Positions 29,880-43,200 of a DNA stretch of 64,000 nucleotides are shown in pieces. Below the pieces are notes generated by a model. It saw only the letters and a program-made list of their open reading frames with translations, was not told where the DNA came from and ran no database searches. Numbering within the stretch: the stretch's first letter is position 1; the number at the start of each line of letters is the position of its first letter. Made by a program: the position numbers and the translations under genes. Origin of the DNA: Octopus vulgaris (Eukaryota). The stretch covers positions 49,848,001 to 49,912,000 of the forward strand of contig OX597835.1 in NCBI GenBank assembly GCA_951406725.2, read 5' to 3'.

Positions 29880-30627
29880 GCATTTTATCACTTGTTTCAG
29901 TTATTAAACCATGGCCATGCTGGGGCACCACCTTGAAGAATTTTTAGTCAAACAGATCAACCCCAGCACTTATTTTTTTAAGTGTGGTACCCATTCTATT
30001 GACCACTTTTGCCAAACTACTAAGTTACAGGGATGTAAATGCACCAATACCAGTTGTTGAGCAATGCTGGGGGACAAACACACACACAAACATATATATA
30101 TATATATATATATACACAACAGGCTTCCTTCATTTTCCATCTACCAAATCCACTCACAAGGCTTTGGTCAGCCCAAGGCTGTAGTAGAAGACATCCGCCC
30201 AAGGTGCCATGCAGTGGGACTGAACCCAAAACCATGTGGTCGGGAAGCAAGCTTCTTGCCATGCAGCCACACCTTCACCTTTAGAAAGTTCCACATTGGA
30301 ATTAAACCCACACCTTTTATATTTGCAGTAAGTGTGCTAACCAATTACACCAACCTACCCACCGAGGTAAAGTAGACGTTGGCAGAATTTGAACTCAGAA
30401 CGTAAAAATGGATGAAAGAATCATTTGGCGGAGAGCCTCAACGATTCTCTCAGCTCCTCTTCTATATTATCACCGAAGCCAAGTGAAGAAGTAAATGGCA
30501 CCCAGGAACTCATAATCGTGACCGATGCCAGCAGCATGACCTTCAAACATGGGGTCTCGTGGAGGTGACAAGGGAGCCAGGCCACTGGCAATGTGCTGTG
30601 CTTGAAGGCAGTGGGCCGACGGAAATG

Positions 30628-31242
30628 GGCTGCTGGATGCTCTTTGTAATGCCAGTCACTCTGAGAGTGTAATGGGTGCCTTTTATGTGCCACCGACACA
30701 GGTGCCATTGGCAAAATGTCGTGACTGTGATTTCCCTCAGCTTAGTGACTCTTCTCTAGCACAGCATATTCTTTTTTACTCTAGGCACAAGGCCTGAAAT
30801 TTTTGGGGAGGGGGCCCGTCAATTAGATCGACCCCAGTATGCAACTGGTACTTAATATATCGACCCTGAAAGGATGAAAGGCAAAGTCAACCTCGGCAGA
30901 ATTTGAACTCAGAATGTAAAGACAGACGAAATACTTGACTTTGCCTTTCATCCTTTCAGGGTCGATATATTAAGTACCAGTTGCATACTGGGGTCGATCT
31001 AATTGACGGGCCCCCTCCCCAAAAATTTCAGGCCTTGTGCCTAGAGTAAAAAAGAATATGCTGTGCTAGAGAAGAGTCACTAAGCTGAGGGAAATCACAG
31101 TCACGACATTTTGCCAATGGCACCTGTGTTGGTGGCACCTGTGTCGGTGGCACCTGTGTTGGTGGCACCTGTGTCGGTGGCACATAAAAGGCACCCATTA
31201 CACTCTCAGAGGGACTGGCATTACAAAGAGCATCCAGCAGCC
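30628..31242. repeat. Near-perfect inverted duplication (about 260-bp arms, 44-nt spacer)
   Basis: 30628-30890 mirrored by 30935-31242; right arm has 4 copies of a 15-mer (ggcacctgtgtYggt) versus one in the left. Confidence 0.93.
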
Positions 31243-31896
31243 GTAGAAACCTTACCAGATCAGACTGGAACCTGGTGCAGCTCTCCAGCTTACCAGCTCC
31301 AGTCAAACTGTCTAACCCATGCCAGCACGGAGAGCAGACGTATGATGATGATGATGATGATGACGCCCCCCACACACACACACAGATAGATAGATAGATA
31401 GATATATGACAAGCTTTTTTTTCAGAAGAGTGACTTACAATGATTTGGTCAGCCGATGGTTATAGAAAACAACCCTTGCCCCAGATGCAATACAGGGATA
31501 CAGAGGGATTGAACTCAGAACCACACGGATGACAAACGTAATTCAGAACCATTCAAATGAACAAAATCTTCTTAAAAATCACAAAGAATATTTTTCTGAA
31601 GGAAATCTTTCAGTTAATTTTTGCCATTTATTATTATTATTATTATTTCTAGTTGCTTACATTCTTTGATGAAGGCATTTATGGTGGTGGTGGTCACGAT
31701 GATGGTGGCAGCAGTGAGTTTTTATCTCTGTGGTTGTAACTAAGATACTGTAGCTGCACTGAAAATGTTGTTGTCATTGCTGTTGCTGTTAGTGTGACTG
31801 TAGGTGTTTGTGATTAATCGCAGTCCAAGTGGTGTTCATGTAGTTCGGGTCATGGCTTTGTTGTGGTTGTTGCTGCTGTTGTGGCTTATGTTGCAG

Positions 31897-32158
31897 TTAT
31901 TTTTTAGACTTTGATTTTGATGACTTTGATGATTTTGTCTTGGGCGTTCTTTTGGTAAATTTCGGGATCTCTTCATCCAAAAGAGGGGCCAAATGTTTAT
32001 GGTTGTGATCAATTGCCCATTTCGCCGGCAGATAAGCTGGATTCATTGTATCAATGAAATGTTGGCGCCATCGTAGCTGGAATTCTAGCAACTTCTTCGT
32101 CCGTTTCATGTGTTCAACGACCTGGTGCCCATGTGGACTGTAATCAGGATTGCTGACC
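31897..32158 (-). CDS. EXD2: EXD2 terminal exon: VSNPDYSPHGHQVV...WRQHFIDTMNPAYLPAKWAIDHNH...SKSKSKK*
   Basis: ttttag| acceptor; TAA stop at 31899-31897; PHG..WRQHF..P..LP..W..DHNH C-terminal motif. Confidence 0.95.
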
Positions 32159-32331
32159 CTAAAAAAAAGAAAGGGATACAGTGAGAGTGATGTATACGTG
32201 TAAATATCCATGTATCTATCCTGCATGCCTACATGTGTGCATGCACACACGCACACATATAGATACATGTGTATGCATGGCAGCCAGTCATGCACATGGG
32301 CATCCATGTGTTAGGGTGTACATGTGTATGA

Positions 32332-32373
<42 letters not shown>

Positions 32374-32603
32374 GTGTTGTGGCCACAAAATGAACAAATA
32401 AAATGAAATTACTTGACATCCATAGTGACAGATTTCTGTAGAACATCCACCGTCAGTTCGTCCACTCCAAGACTTGTCTTCAGGAATTCATGTAACTCTT
32501 TTAGCCGATGGTCAGGAATCTTGTGACTGTTTGTCATTAACGCTCTGCAATATATTCACATAGTTACGTCAGCAGAATCTCATATACATATGCATACACG
32601 CAA

Positions 32604-32636
<33 letters not shown>

Positions 32637-34248
32637 TCAAACTGGCACTTTGTCAGTTACAATGACAAGGGTTCCAGCTGCTCCAATCAACAGAACAGAT
32701 TGCTCTTGGAATTAATGTGCAAGTGGCTGAGTACTCCACAGACACGTGTACCCTTTACATAGTTCTCATGGACATTCAATGCAATACAGAATGTGACTAG
32801 GCTGAGTCCTTTGTAAGTACAGGTACAACTCATTTTTGCCAGTTGAGTGGAGACTGGAGCAATGTGAAATAGAGTGTCTTGCTCAAGGACACGAGACACT
32901 GCCAGGAATTGAACTGATGACCTTGCAATTTGTGAGCTGAACACCCAAACCACTTAGCCACATATATTTACATACATACATACATATACATATACATACA
33001 TAAGTATGCACAGAGTGTATTTCAGACAACATTATACTTCCGTGCAGTCTCATCTTTTCGGAAATAACAGGATGTTATTTTGAGGGAGATTCAGCTGCTA
33101 TTTCTAATAGTGGATCTATGTGTCCTTGTTTGTTTGACCTTGTGGCCATGGTAGGAGCATACAATCTGTCCTTTGTATGGAAAGAGAGAATCCTACTGTT
33201 GTCAGCACAGCTAATAACTCCCTCCGTTTTTGACCACTCTGCTACAATGTGTTCAGATCTCTCTCTCTCTCTCTCTCTCCTTCACACTAGACTTGATCAC
33301 CTGATTAGGTCACTAGATTAGGTCATTAGATTGTCACTAGATTAGGTCACTAGATTAGGTCACCTAATTAGGTCACCAGATTAGATCACCAGATTAGGTC
33401 ACTAGATTAGGTCACCAGATTAGGTCACTAGATTAGGTCACCTAATTAGGTCACCAGATTAGGTCACCTGATTAAGTCACTAGATTAAGTCACCAGATTA
33501 GGTCAGTCACCAGATTAGGTCACTAGATTAGGTCATCAGATTAGGTCACCAGATTAAGTCACCTGATTAGGTCACCTAGGTTACAGAAGCTATCGACCAC
33601 TTCCGTAAGGCTTTCTTAGCAATACAAAGATATACAGGGTGGACCAAAAGTGATGCACCAATATTTTTGACACATTATTTATATTTTATTTTTCTGTTTG
33701 TTTTCCCTGAGGTACAAAATATGCAAAGCCCAATATACCAATCAGGATTACTCGTCTGATAAGGGTACACCAGGCATGTGCATCACAACCATATGTCTGA
33801 GACATGGTCATTTCATATCAAGACAAACAGCGCGTGACCTTGCAGGTGGAGCTCAGTTACAATTTTCTTCAGGTCCCATCCGGTTTAAAAGGTCCCTGAA
33901 TAAGGTTTAAGGATGATGAATGAAACACCCATGTTTCCAGAGGTGAATTATTCAAATGCAAAAGAATTCCTCTCGACATATGGTTATGATGCTCCAGGCC
34001 TTCCTCTATCAGGAGGGTCACATCTCTATCATCTTCCCCACCATTTTTTTAAAACCATTTTATGCTATGCATGTGTCCCTTCTTTTTCAGTGTATATCAT
34101 GTAGACTAACTTTCTTTCCTTTTTTTTATGCACATTACTTAATCATCAGTATATTTTTTCTTATATTTAATATTTCTATTATATGTAATTTTCTAGATGG
34201 TGTAATTTAATTTTTCATTTTGAATTGATAAAAGGTGTTTTTTTCCTA

Positions 34249-34286
<38 letters not shown>

Positions 34287-37200
34287 AAAAAATGAAGTTT
34301 GAAAATGCCGCTATATTAGATAAATTTTAATTTAACATGTTTCAGTTCTTGAAATAACGAACCTTATCAAAAAAATTTGTTTATATAATAAAGAGAGTCC
34401 ATGCTATATGCTTAAAGAGTATGATTGAACAGTTCATAATTGTGACTTACATTCAATAGAGTCAAATATAAAAAATCCATGTTCTTGAAAAGGCGAGGAG
34501 TTCATTATAGATTTTACCTTGTGTTCCAATGGGAGCAACAGTAATGATTTTTGGTCGGCGTCTGCTGGCATAATTTTGGTAAATTTTGTGATTGTTGGAT
34601 TTATATCAGCTAAGCTGTGGTCTCTAGCACTGTTCACTGACGTCATATAGTTCCAAACCAATCAAAACCCAGCCTCAACGAATATAGTGAAAAGACTCCT
34701 AACTGTATCCTGTTAGGAAACCAACCAAGCGGAACGACAAGTTTGACCACGGAAAAAAAAACGTCACCAATTTTTTGACAAATCGAAATTAGATCTGACC
34801 CATGACTGTATCCTGTTAGGTGGCTAGCCCAGCAGAACGAGTAGTTTGACCACGGAAGAAAAACGTCATCAATGTTTTGATGAATCAGAATCGGGTCTGA
34901 CCCATAACTGTATCTGTGAGGAAACCGACCAAGCAGGGTGACAATAGCTTGACCACTGAGGTAAAACGTCATCAATTTTTTGACGAATCAGAATTAGATC
35001 TGCTCATAGAGAAAGAGATCTGTTTATAAATTTTTCCTTCCCTAAGACATATCACTGCCAGCGTGAGTGACTGTTTAAGGATCTGAGAAATTGTAATTCG
35101 CCCCACCTCCATTATTATAATTCTCTCACTGTGGCCGTAGCAACAGTGACCACGGTGGTTGTAGTAGTAGTGCGAGTTGGGGCAGTCGTAGTGGTTGTGG
35201 TAGAATTTCGTTTTTCTTTTTCGGAAGACCAATGTTTTGTTTTAATATTCCTGGCCCAGGGTGTTCAAACTTGGTCTAAATTTTTTGATGAAATAAAGTT
35301 CTTTATTTTGGCGTTGCGTGAAGGTTACGCTGTCACTGAATTTGTAAAGTGGGTAAGTTGTAAATTTCGGATTTACATTTGCAGCACATCTATCTATGTG
35401 TCCGCTGACCGGTATTTTCCGGTATTCAGGGTTTCTAATTTGTGATTTATGCACCGCCATCCTGTTACGTAAGCTATTTTTTGTATGGCCTATATACTGC
35501 CTATTGCAGCCTGCGCATGTTAAGACATAAATTAAGTTTTCTGATGCACAGGTAAAGTTTGCTCTAATGGTGAACTGATGGCTTTGTTCTAGTATAAATT
35601 CTGAACCTTCTACCAAGATGACACAGATTCCGCAGTTGGGCCTTCCACATTTTCTAACTGCTGGTTTTGTGGTTGATGTTGAGTGCAGTTTAGCTTGGGT
35701 TAAAATCCTTTTCAAGGATTTTGGTTGCCGTTTACTTTTAATGATGGTGTGTGTTTCGAGGATCCGGTTCGTCTTTATATATAAGCTTGGCATTTACATC
35801 ATCATCCTCATCATCTTGTAATGTCCATTCTCCATGCTGGCATGGAGCGGATGGTTTGACAGGAATTGCCCAGCTGGAGGGCTGCCTAAACTCCATTTGT
35901 CTGTTTGACATGGTTTCTATGGCCGAATGCCCTTCCTAATGCCAACCACTTTACAGCATGTACTGGGTGCTTTTACCAAAATTGTGCAGTTAAGCCTGAG
36001 CCTCTTTGATTCTAGGTTTTGTATGTATGTGAGAGGATTTGTGGCCAAGTGGACAGAATGTTGCACTCACAGTTCTGAAATTGTGGTTTCAATTCCTGGA
36101 CCTGGTAGTGTGTCATGTTCTTGAGCAAAACATTTCATCACTGCAGTCCCTTTGACAACTGACATGTGGCACAACATGTAGCTCCTGTGCTGATTTGATG
36201 GAGAGAATGAGCTTAGGTGTAGCATCAAACATTTGTTCACAAATGTAGATTGCGCAACAAGAAATTACAAAACCCTGAGATGTCATCTACAACAGAGAAG
36301 TCCTTTATTCAAATAGGGAGGATTGTATGCTACTACCAAGACGAGAAGATCAAAAGCAAAAAGACAGAAATAGGCAAGATGGTCACAGTTGGAAGAACCT
36401 TTGATAATACATCTAGCAGAAAAGGATTGACCAGGAGGAAAAAGAAAGTGTGAAACACCAAACATTACCACTAATGCCAAAAGGTACTTACTTAGCAGCT
36501 GACCGTATCTTAGCCAAGTCGACATCAATCAGAGATTTGTTGACAGTACCAGCTGTCAAAGGGGCATCACATTCCTCAGCCAGTTTCTGCCGGAGTGTGA
36601 CATCACTGGCGCAGGCCTTCTGGTGACATGTAGGACACATGAGGAGAATATCGTGCGACACATGGTCTTTCATTATGGAGGGAAAATACCTAAAAAATAT
36701 AATAATAATAATAATGTGTCATCATGTACATTGTTTTGTGTTGGTATAAAAGATGGCCAACAGCAAATATTCTGCTCAATGCCACAGATTTGCTTGTCAG
36801 TTGTTTGACCTTAACCAGTTGAGCATGTCCCTTAGTGGCTGACGATATGTGCATCTCTGATCACGAGCAGAAGTAGTAGGGGAGCATCATAGCCATGTGT
36901 TGAGAGGGATTCCTTGGGGTTTGGACAATTCACCTCCGGAAACATGAGTGTTTTGTTCATCCTCTTTAAAAAAACATTCAGGGAGCTTTTGAGCGGGGTG
37001 AACTACTTGACCTGAAGAAAATTCTGAGAGGAGAAGAGGGAGGGGTGTGGAGAGGGAGGGTGTTAAGGGGAGGAGGAGGCGTAATAATAGAGTGGATTAC
37101 TCACTTGCGATACTCATGGGGAATTATATTCTTACGGAGGTAATTCTCGGGTTTACCACAAACAACGCATATGTTCTCCTTCTCCTGTTGATAATAACCT

Positions 37201-40200
37201 TCCTCATTTAGTGGCCTCCCAGAGGGTTCAAAGTTCAGCCGGATAACCATAGGATTCTCGCTGACTAGTTCTGAAAGTAAATCAATAACTGGAATGGCTC
37301 ACTCAACCTTTGACCTATGGCAGGTTGAGTTATGTAGATACTGACTGAAAAGATTCAGACAAACAGACAGACAGACAGACACGGTGTGTGGATGTTGTTG
37401 AGAAGATAAATCAAAAGACATAGAATTTAGATGCTGACCAGACAGACCAACAGACACACAAGGTGGGTATTGACAGGGTAGATTCCTATGAAACCTGTAT
37501 GTGAACTGAACAGACAGACACAGTGCGTGGATGTTGGGTTCACTGAGCAAACAGGGAAGAGATGTTATTTTTGAAATACACAATGCACAGATGCTGACTA
37601 CAGAACTTGATATGGTGTGTAGATGTTCACTGCATAGACACATACAGTATATGGACGTTGGTATTAACTCTTTGGCCATGTCCAGCCTAAATATTCTAAA
37701 TGGCCAGATCTGGCCTCTCACACCAAACCTACATTATCAGTCCAAAAATTAACAGTTACCTCATCAAACTCCCAAAGTTACAAAATAATGCAATGATTAA
37801 ATCAAAACAATGTCAATAAATAAACGTTACATTTGACAGAATAAAGTGAACGTTAAAGGGTTAACTGAGAGATCACGTATATTGCTGCCGACCTGCTAGA
37901 AACAGCAGCTAAATTGATTTCCAAACCACCATAAGACAGGATGGTCATGTTCAGAACACCAACAACACAATCATTACTGTAGTGACGATTAAACACTTGA
38001 ATTAATGACATTCATACCTTCCTCCCACCTTTTTAAAGAAGAATAATCACCAACCTCCAAGACCTTTGTAAAGGTACCATTTAGCTTTACGAGAATCACA
38101 GGTACACAATATTTGGTTGTCGGGCGCCAGAAGCTGGCAGTTGTCATAAAGTGGATTGCGGCGCAGATTGTAAGCTCTTAGGCTGTGAGCTCTCAGACTG
38201 TCTTTTTTCGTGAAAGTAGATTTGTTTTCAGGCTAATAAACAGATTGAGAGATTCAAAAAAGATTAAGATTTATTGTGAAATAATTTCATGTTTTTTTAA
38301 AAAAGCTATGTCAGTCAAACAATGCCTGATTAAATTCTTTACGTTTCATTCTTCAACATAGGCGCAGGCATGACTGAGTTGTAAGAAGCTTGCTTCACAA
38401 CCAAATGGTTCCAGGTTCAGTCCCACCAATTTATGGCACCTTGGGCAAGTGTCTTCTACTATAGTCTCAGGCCAACCAAAACCTTGCGAGTGGATTTGGG
38501 AGATGGAAGCTGAAAGAAGCCCATCATATATGTGTGTGTGTGTCATTACGTTTCTCTTTGTCCCCCACCACCACTTGACAACCGGTGTTGGTGTGTTTAC
38601 ATCCCCATATCTTAGCAGTTTGGCAAAAGAGATTGACAGAACAAGTACCAGGCTTTAAAAATAGTCCTCAGGTCAATTCATTTAACTAAAAATTCATCAA
38701 GGCAGTGCTCCAGCATGGCCACAGTCTAATGAGTGAAACATATGAAAAATAAAAGATAAATTCCCAAACAGAGTCTGGAGGAGGTTTGCTTCTCATTTTT
38801 CAAGGCTTAATAAAATAAGTACCAGTCATATTCCAGGGATCAATTGCTTTAACAACAACCTTCATAAGAATACATGGCCATCCACTGCTCTTGCCCAATG
38901 ATAAAAACCATTCTTTCTAATTCTGGCACAAGGCTAGCAACTTTGTGGAAGGGAGGTTAGTTGATATCATCAACCCAAGTATCTAACTGGTACTTTATTT
39001 TATTGACCACAGAAGGATGAAAGGCAAAGTTAACCATGCTGGGATTTGAACTCACAATGTAATGACTCAATGAAAATACCTCTACACATTCTGTGCAATG
39101 CTCCAATGATTCTGCCAGCTTGCTGTCTGAATGCTAATAATAATAATAATAATAATAATGGTACAAGGCCAGCAATTTTAGGAGGGAGATAGTCGATTAC
39201 ATCACCCTTCCCCCATCGCCCAACCTCACCCTCCAGTACTCAACTGGTACTTATTTAATCAACTCTGAAAGAAAGAAAAAAGATAAAGTTGGCCTCAGGG
39301 GAATTTAAACTCAGAACACAAAGACAGATAAAATGCCATTAACAACAACAACAACAACGACGACAACAACAACAACAACAACAATAATGGTTTTAAATTT
39401 TGCCAGAATCGCAGCAATTTTGGGTGAAGGGATGAGTTGATTACATTGACCCCAGTGTTTAACTGGTACTTATTTAATTGACTCTGAAAGGATGAAAGGC
39501 AAAGTCGACCTCAGCAGAATTTGAACTCAGAATGCACCAACCGTCGAAATACCACTCAGGACTTTGTCCAGCACACTAACGATTCCACCAGCTCACCACC
39601 TTAATAATGATAACAACAATAATAATAATAGTTTCAAATATGGCAGAAGGCCAGCAAGTTTAACGAAAAGGGTCGATTACATTCACCCCAGTACACAACT
39701 GGTACTTATTTTATCAAACCCCAAAAGGATCAAAAACAAGGTTGACCTTGGCAGGGTTTGAACTCAGAATGCAAAGCATTTTGTCCACCGCCACAACCAC
39801 ATCACCATCATCATCATCATAATAATAACAATAGTTGTTGTTGTTGTTGTAATAAAGCAGTGATCTGGCAAAACGGTTAGCAAGCCAGGCAAAAAGCTTA
39901 GTGGCATTTCGTCTGTCCTTATGTTCTGAGTTCAAATCCTGCTGAGGCCAACTTTGTCTTTCATCCTTTCAGAGCTAATAAAATAAGAACCAGTTGAACA
40001 TTGGGGGTCGATGTAATCAAGGGGCCAATTTCAGACTCTGTGCCCATAAAAGAAAGGATAATTATTATTATTATTTTTCAGTGAGAGAGTATGAAAGTGA
40101 CATTGGGGTACAAATATACAAAGTCCAATATACCCATCATGACTACTCATCTGAAAAGGGTACACCAGGCAAATGCATCACAACCGACATGGTGTACGAT

Positions 40201-43200
40201 GTGGTGATCAAGACAAACGGCACATGACCTTGCAGGTGGAGCCGTTAGAATTTTTTTCAGGTTGAATAACCCACTCCACTCAAAAGGTCCTTGAATATGG
40301 TTTGCTTATGGATGATGAACAAAACACCCACATTCCCTATTATCATTATTATTATTATTAAATGGATAAAAAAATTATTTCTTAGAGACAAGGCACAATT
40401 TCCTGTAATTATTGAAATAATTCTGTGCGATAATTAGCAAGTTAGCATAGGGTAGTGTAGTACCATGTATAGCAGTGTTGTAGTAGAGTATAGTGTACAG
40501 TAAAGTATAGAGTGATATACAGCAGTCTGAATAATAAGTGGAGTGTAATATAGAAAAGTGTAGAATATTATAGAGTATTGAAGTAGAGTATTGGGGAGGG
40601 GCACAATGGCCCAGTGGTTAGGGCAGTGGACTTGCAGTCATAGGATCGTGGTTTCGATTCCCAGACCAGTCATTGTGAGTGTTTGTTGAGCAAAAACACT
40701 TAAAGTTCCACAACTTTCCCTCATTCTTTCTTCCTGTTTCTGTTCCACCTGTATTTCAACGGGCCCAACCTTGTCGCACTGTTTCAGGCTGAATCACCCC
40801 GAGAACTACATTAAAGGGTACATGTGTCTGTGGAGTGCTCAGCCACTTGCACGGTAATTTCACAAGCAGGCTGTTCCTCCATTGATCGGATCAACTGGAA
40901 CCCTCATCGTCATGACCAACAGAGTGTCACATTTGTGTGGGGGAGTATAAATTATAGTATAGAGGAGTTTAGGGTTAGTGTTTTGGTGTGGTTTGGGTTA
41001 GTTTTGCTCAAACTTCTTCCAACTTGGATTTCCAGAAACGAAGCCATTGCAGATTTCCAATGCAGCGGATAAATAATTGTTAAAGAGGAGAGTAAACAAT
41101 GAGGCAAGGCAAACATCTGGAGTCGGAGGCCAGGGAAGAGAAGGAAAGAAAAAAAGGAGAAAGAAGAAATGCACTCAACACCAGAGCTGAAAGCTGGGGG
41201 GGGGGGGGCACCATGTCGAAAACAGTAGAAGAGTAGGGGCCGAAACTGGACGTGGTTCCTCCAGATGATGTCTTTAGCCTCTGGATTCTATAAAGGAGTC
41301 GTTGAAGTAGCAAACCACGAAATGTGGTTGGAATTCCTCAGACAACTGTTTCTGGGATATTCCGTCCTCAGAGACAAGTAGGGAAAAAAAATACGGAAAA
41401 TGAGAATGGTATATACACACACACACACACACATATGCATCTTTGTATATGTTTGTGTGTATACATATATATACAAACGGCAAACAGAACAAAAACAAGA
41501 AACACAGCCAATTTCTCATCGTTCAGAGTCCAGAAAGTCCTTGTAGTTTCGCCCCTTTATCTACAATACTACTTGAATCCAGCGGGTACTAGGGACTTAT
41601 GCTAGAAGCATTAAGCCTCTGGGCAAGGTAAACAAATGTATACAAGAACGAAAACAGGAACAGAAGCAAAAACAAGAAAGCTAGACTTAAACACAAACGA
41701 CAGAATGCACTTTGAAGGAAAAAAAGGTTATTGGTACAAATACGAATAGAAATAGGTAAATATGAGGAAGGGTCTTTCAGGGATCGGACGAACGTAACGT
41801 ATGGAATAACGATGCAGTTGCAACAGAGAAAGAATTATACAATGGACAAAAGCGTTTCAGCTGCAAAAGGAAAGTAATTGTACAATTACAACAATAATAC
41901 ATAACAAAAAAGGGTCTTTCGACCATCAGACAAAAATAGTAAGCTGGCGCAAAGGGGAAATCATAAGAAACCAGGTGGGAGGACAGATGGACGTGACCAG
42001 CCTGAAGGACGGCTGGTCGAAACAGGATGGCAACGGCCTTAACCAGACAGCGATCAGGTGGTAGGAGAGGGAAGGAGTTGAAGAGTGTAGAGGGACTAAG
42101 GAATAGGAGAGAGGGGAAAGGAATCAGTAGGACTAAAGAACGAGAGGGGAGGGGGGAGAGAGAAAAAGAAGGTGGCAAGGGAAGTGAGGAAGGAAAGTAA
42201 AGGGATTGAAGAATAAGGGGGAGGGGGGAAGGGATTAAGGAATATGAAGGGGAAAATGAAATCAGTGTGTGCGTGTGTGTGTGTGCATATATGTGTAAAT
42301 ATTGTGTGGAAGCAACGCCTGGATTTTAAGGGCCTTAGAGTTAATTTAGCAAAAGAAAAAATAAAGTCCCAGTAAGTAGGAAAACAGACAAATCACTAAT
42401 CCCTTCTGAGAGATGGCCCTGCTCGATATGTAAGAAGGGTGTTGGTAGAAACTCCCTACGTTGTACTCAGTGCAAGCTTTGGACACACAAATGGTGTAAT
42501 AGCATCAAAGGAAGGTTAATGGGGAATATAGTCCTTGTGTGTGGCAGATGTGCAGGAACAATAAGCAGTAAAAATGCACAGATAGTAGACCCCCTGAAAT
42601 GTTTAGGGAGATCATTAGAAGTAGTAGACAGCTTCTGTTACCTAGGAAACCAAGTTAGTAGAGGAGGAGGAAGTTCTGAAAGTGTAGTTGCTAGAATAAG
42701 AACGGGCTGGGCAAAGTTCAGAGAACTTCTTTCTTTGTTGGTAACTAAGGGCCTATCCCTCAAAGTGAACGGCAGATTGCATGATGCCTGTGTATGTGGG
42801 ACAAAGTGGTGAGACAAGATCTTCAGGCACTGGGCTTCACCATGGAAGTGACAAGGGACCAGGAGATGGTGATTTGCTGTACTTGATATACTGTATCAAG
42901 CCAAGTAAAATCCCTGCCATCCATACATACAGGCTTCTCCTTTCAGTTCCTGGTGCCACTTAAAAAGCACCCATGATGGTGACTTTTTTACGGGTTTAAA
43001 TATGCCCCAAGCATAATTGAAATGATAATAAACCTTCTATGTATGGATTCAGATACTGAGTTATCTTGAAACCAGAGCAAATAAACCTGGACCAAATGTT
43101 AGTGAACTGTACATAGGATATGCAAGGTCCAGCTTGAAGTCTTAAGCTGGGCAAAGGATTAAATCTACCAACAAAGAAGAGATACAATCTTTCTGATGGA

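Noticed and set aside
33285-33583. CRISPR-like or telomeric array
   Set aside because: No unique spacers; 13-bp period with TTAGG only as a sub-motif, not (TTAGGG)n; eukaryotic context.
40597-40670. tRNA gene
   Set aside because: A and B boxes are present but it continues into a SINE body repeated elsewhere and has no proper acceptor stem.
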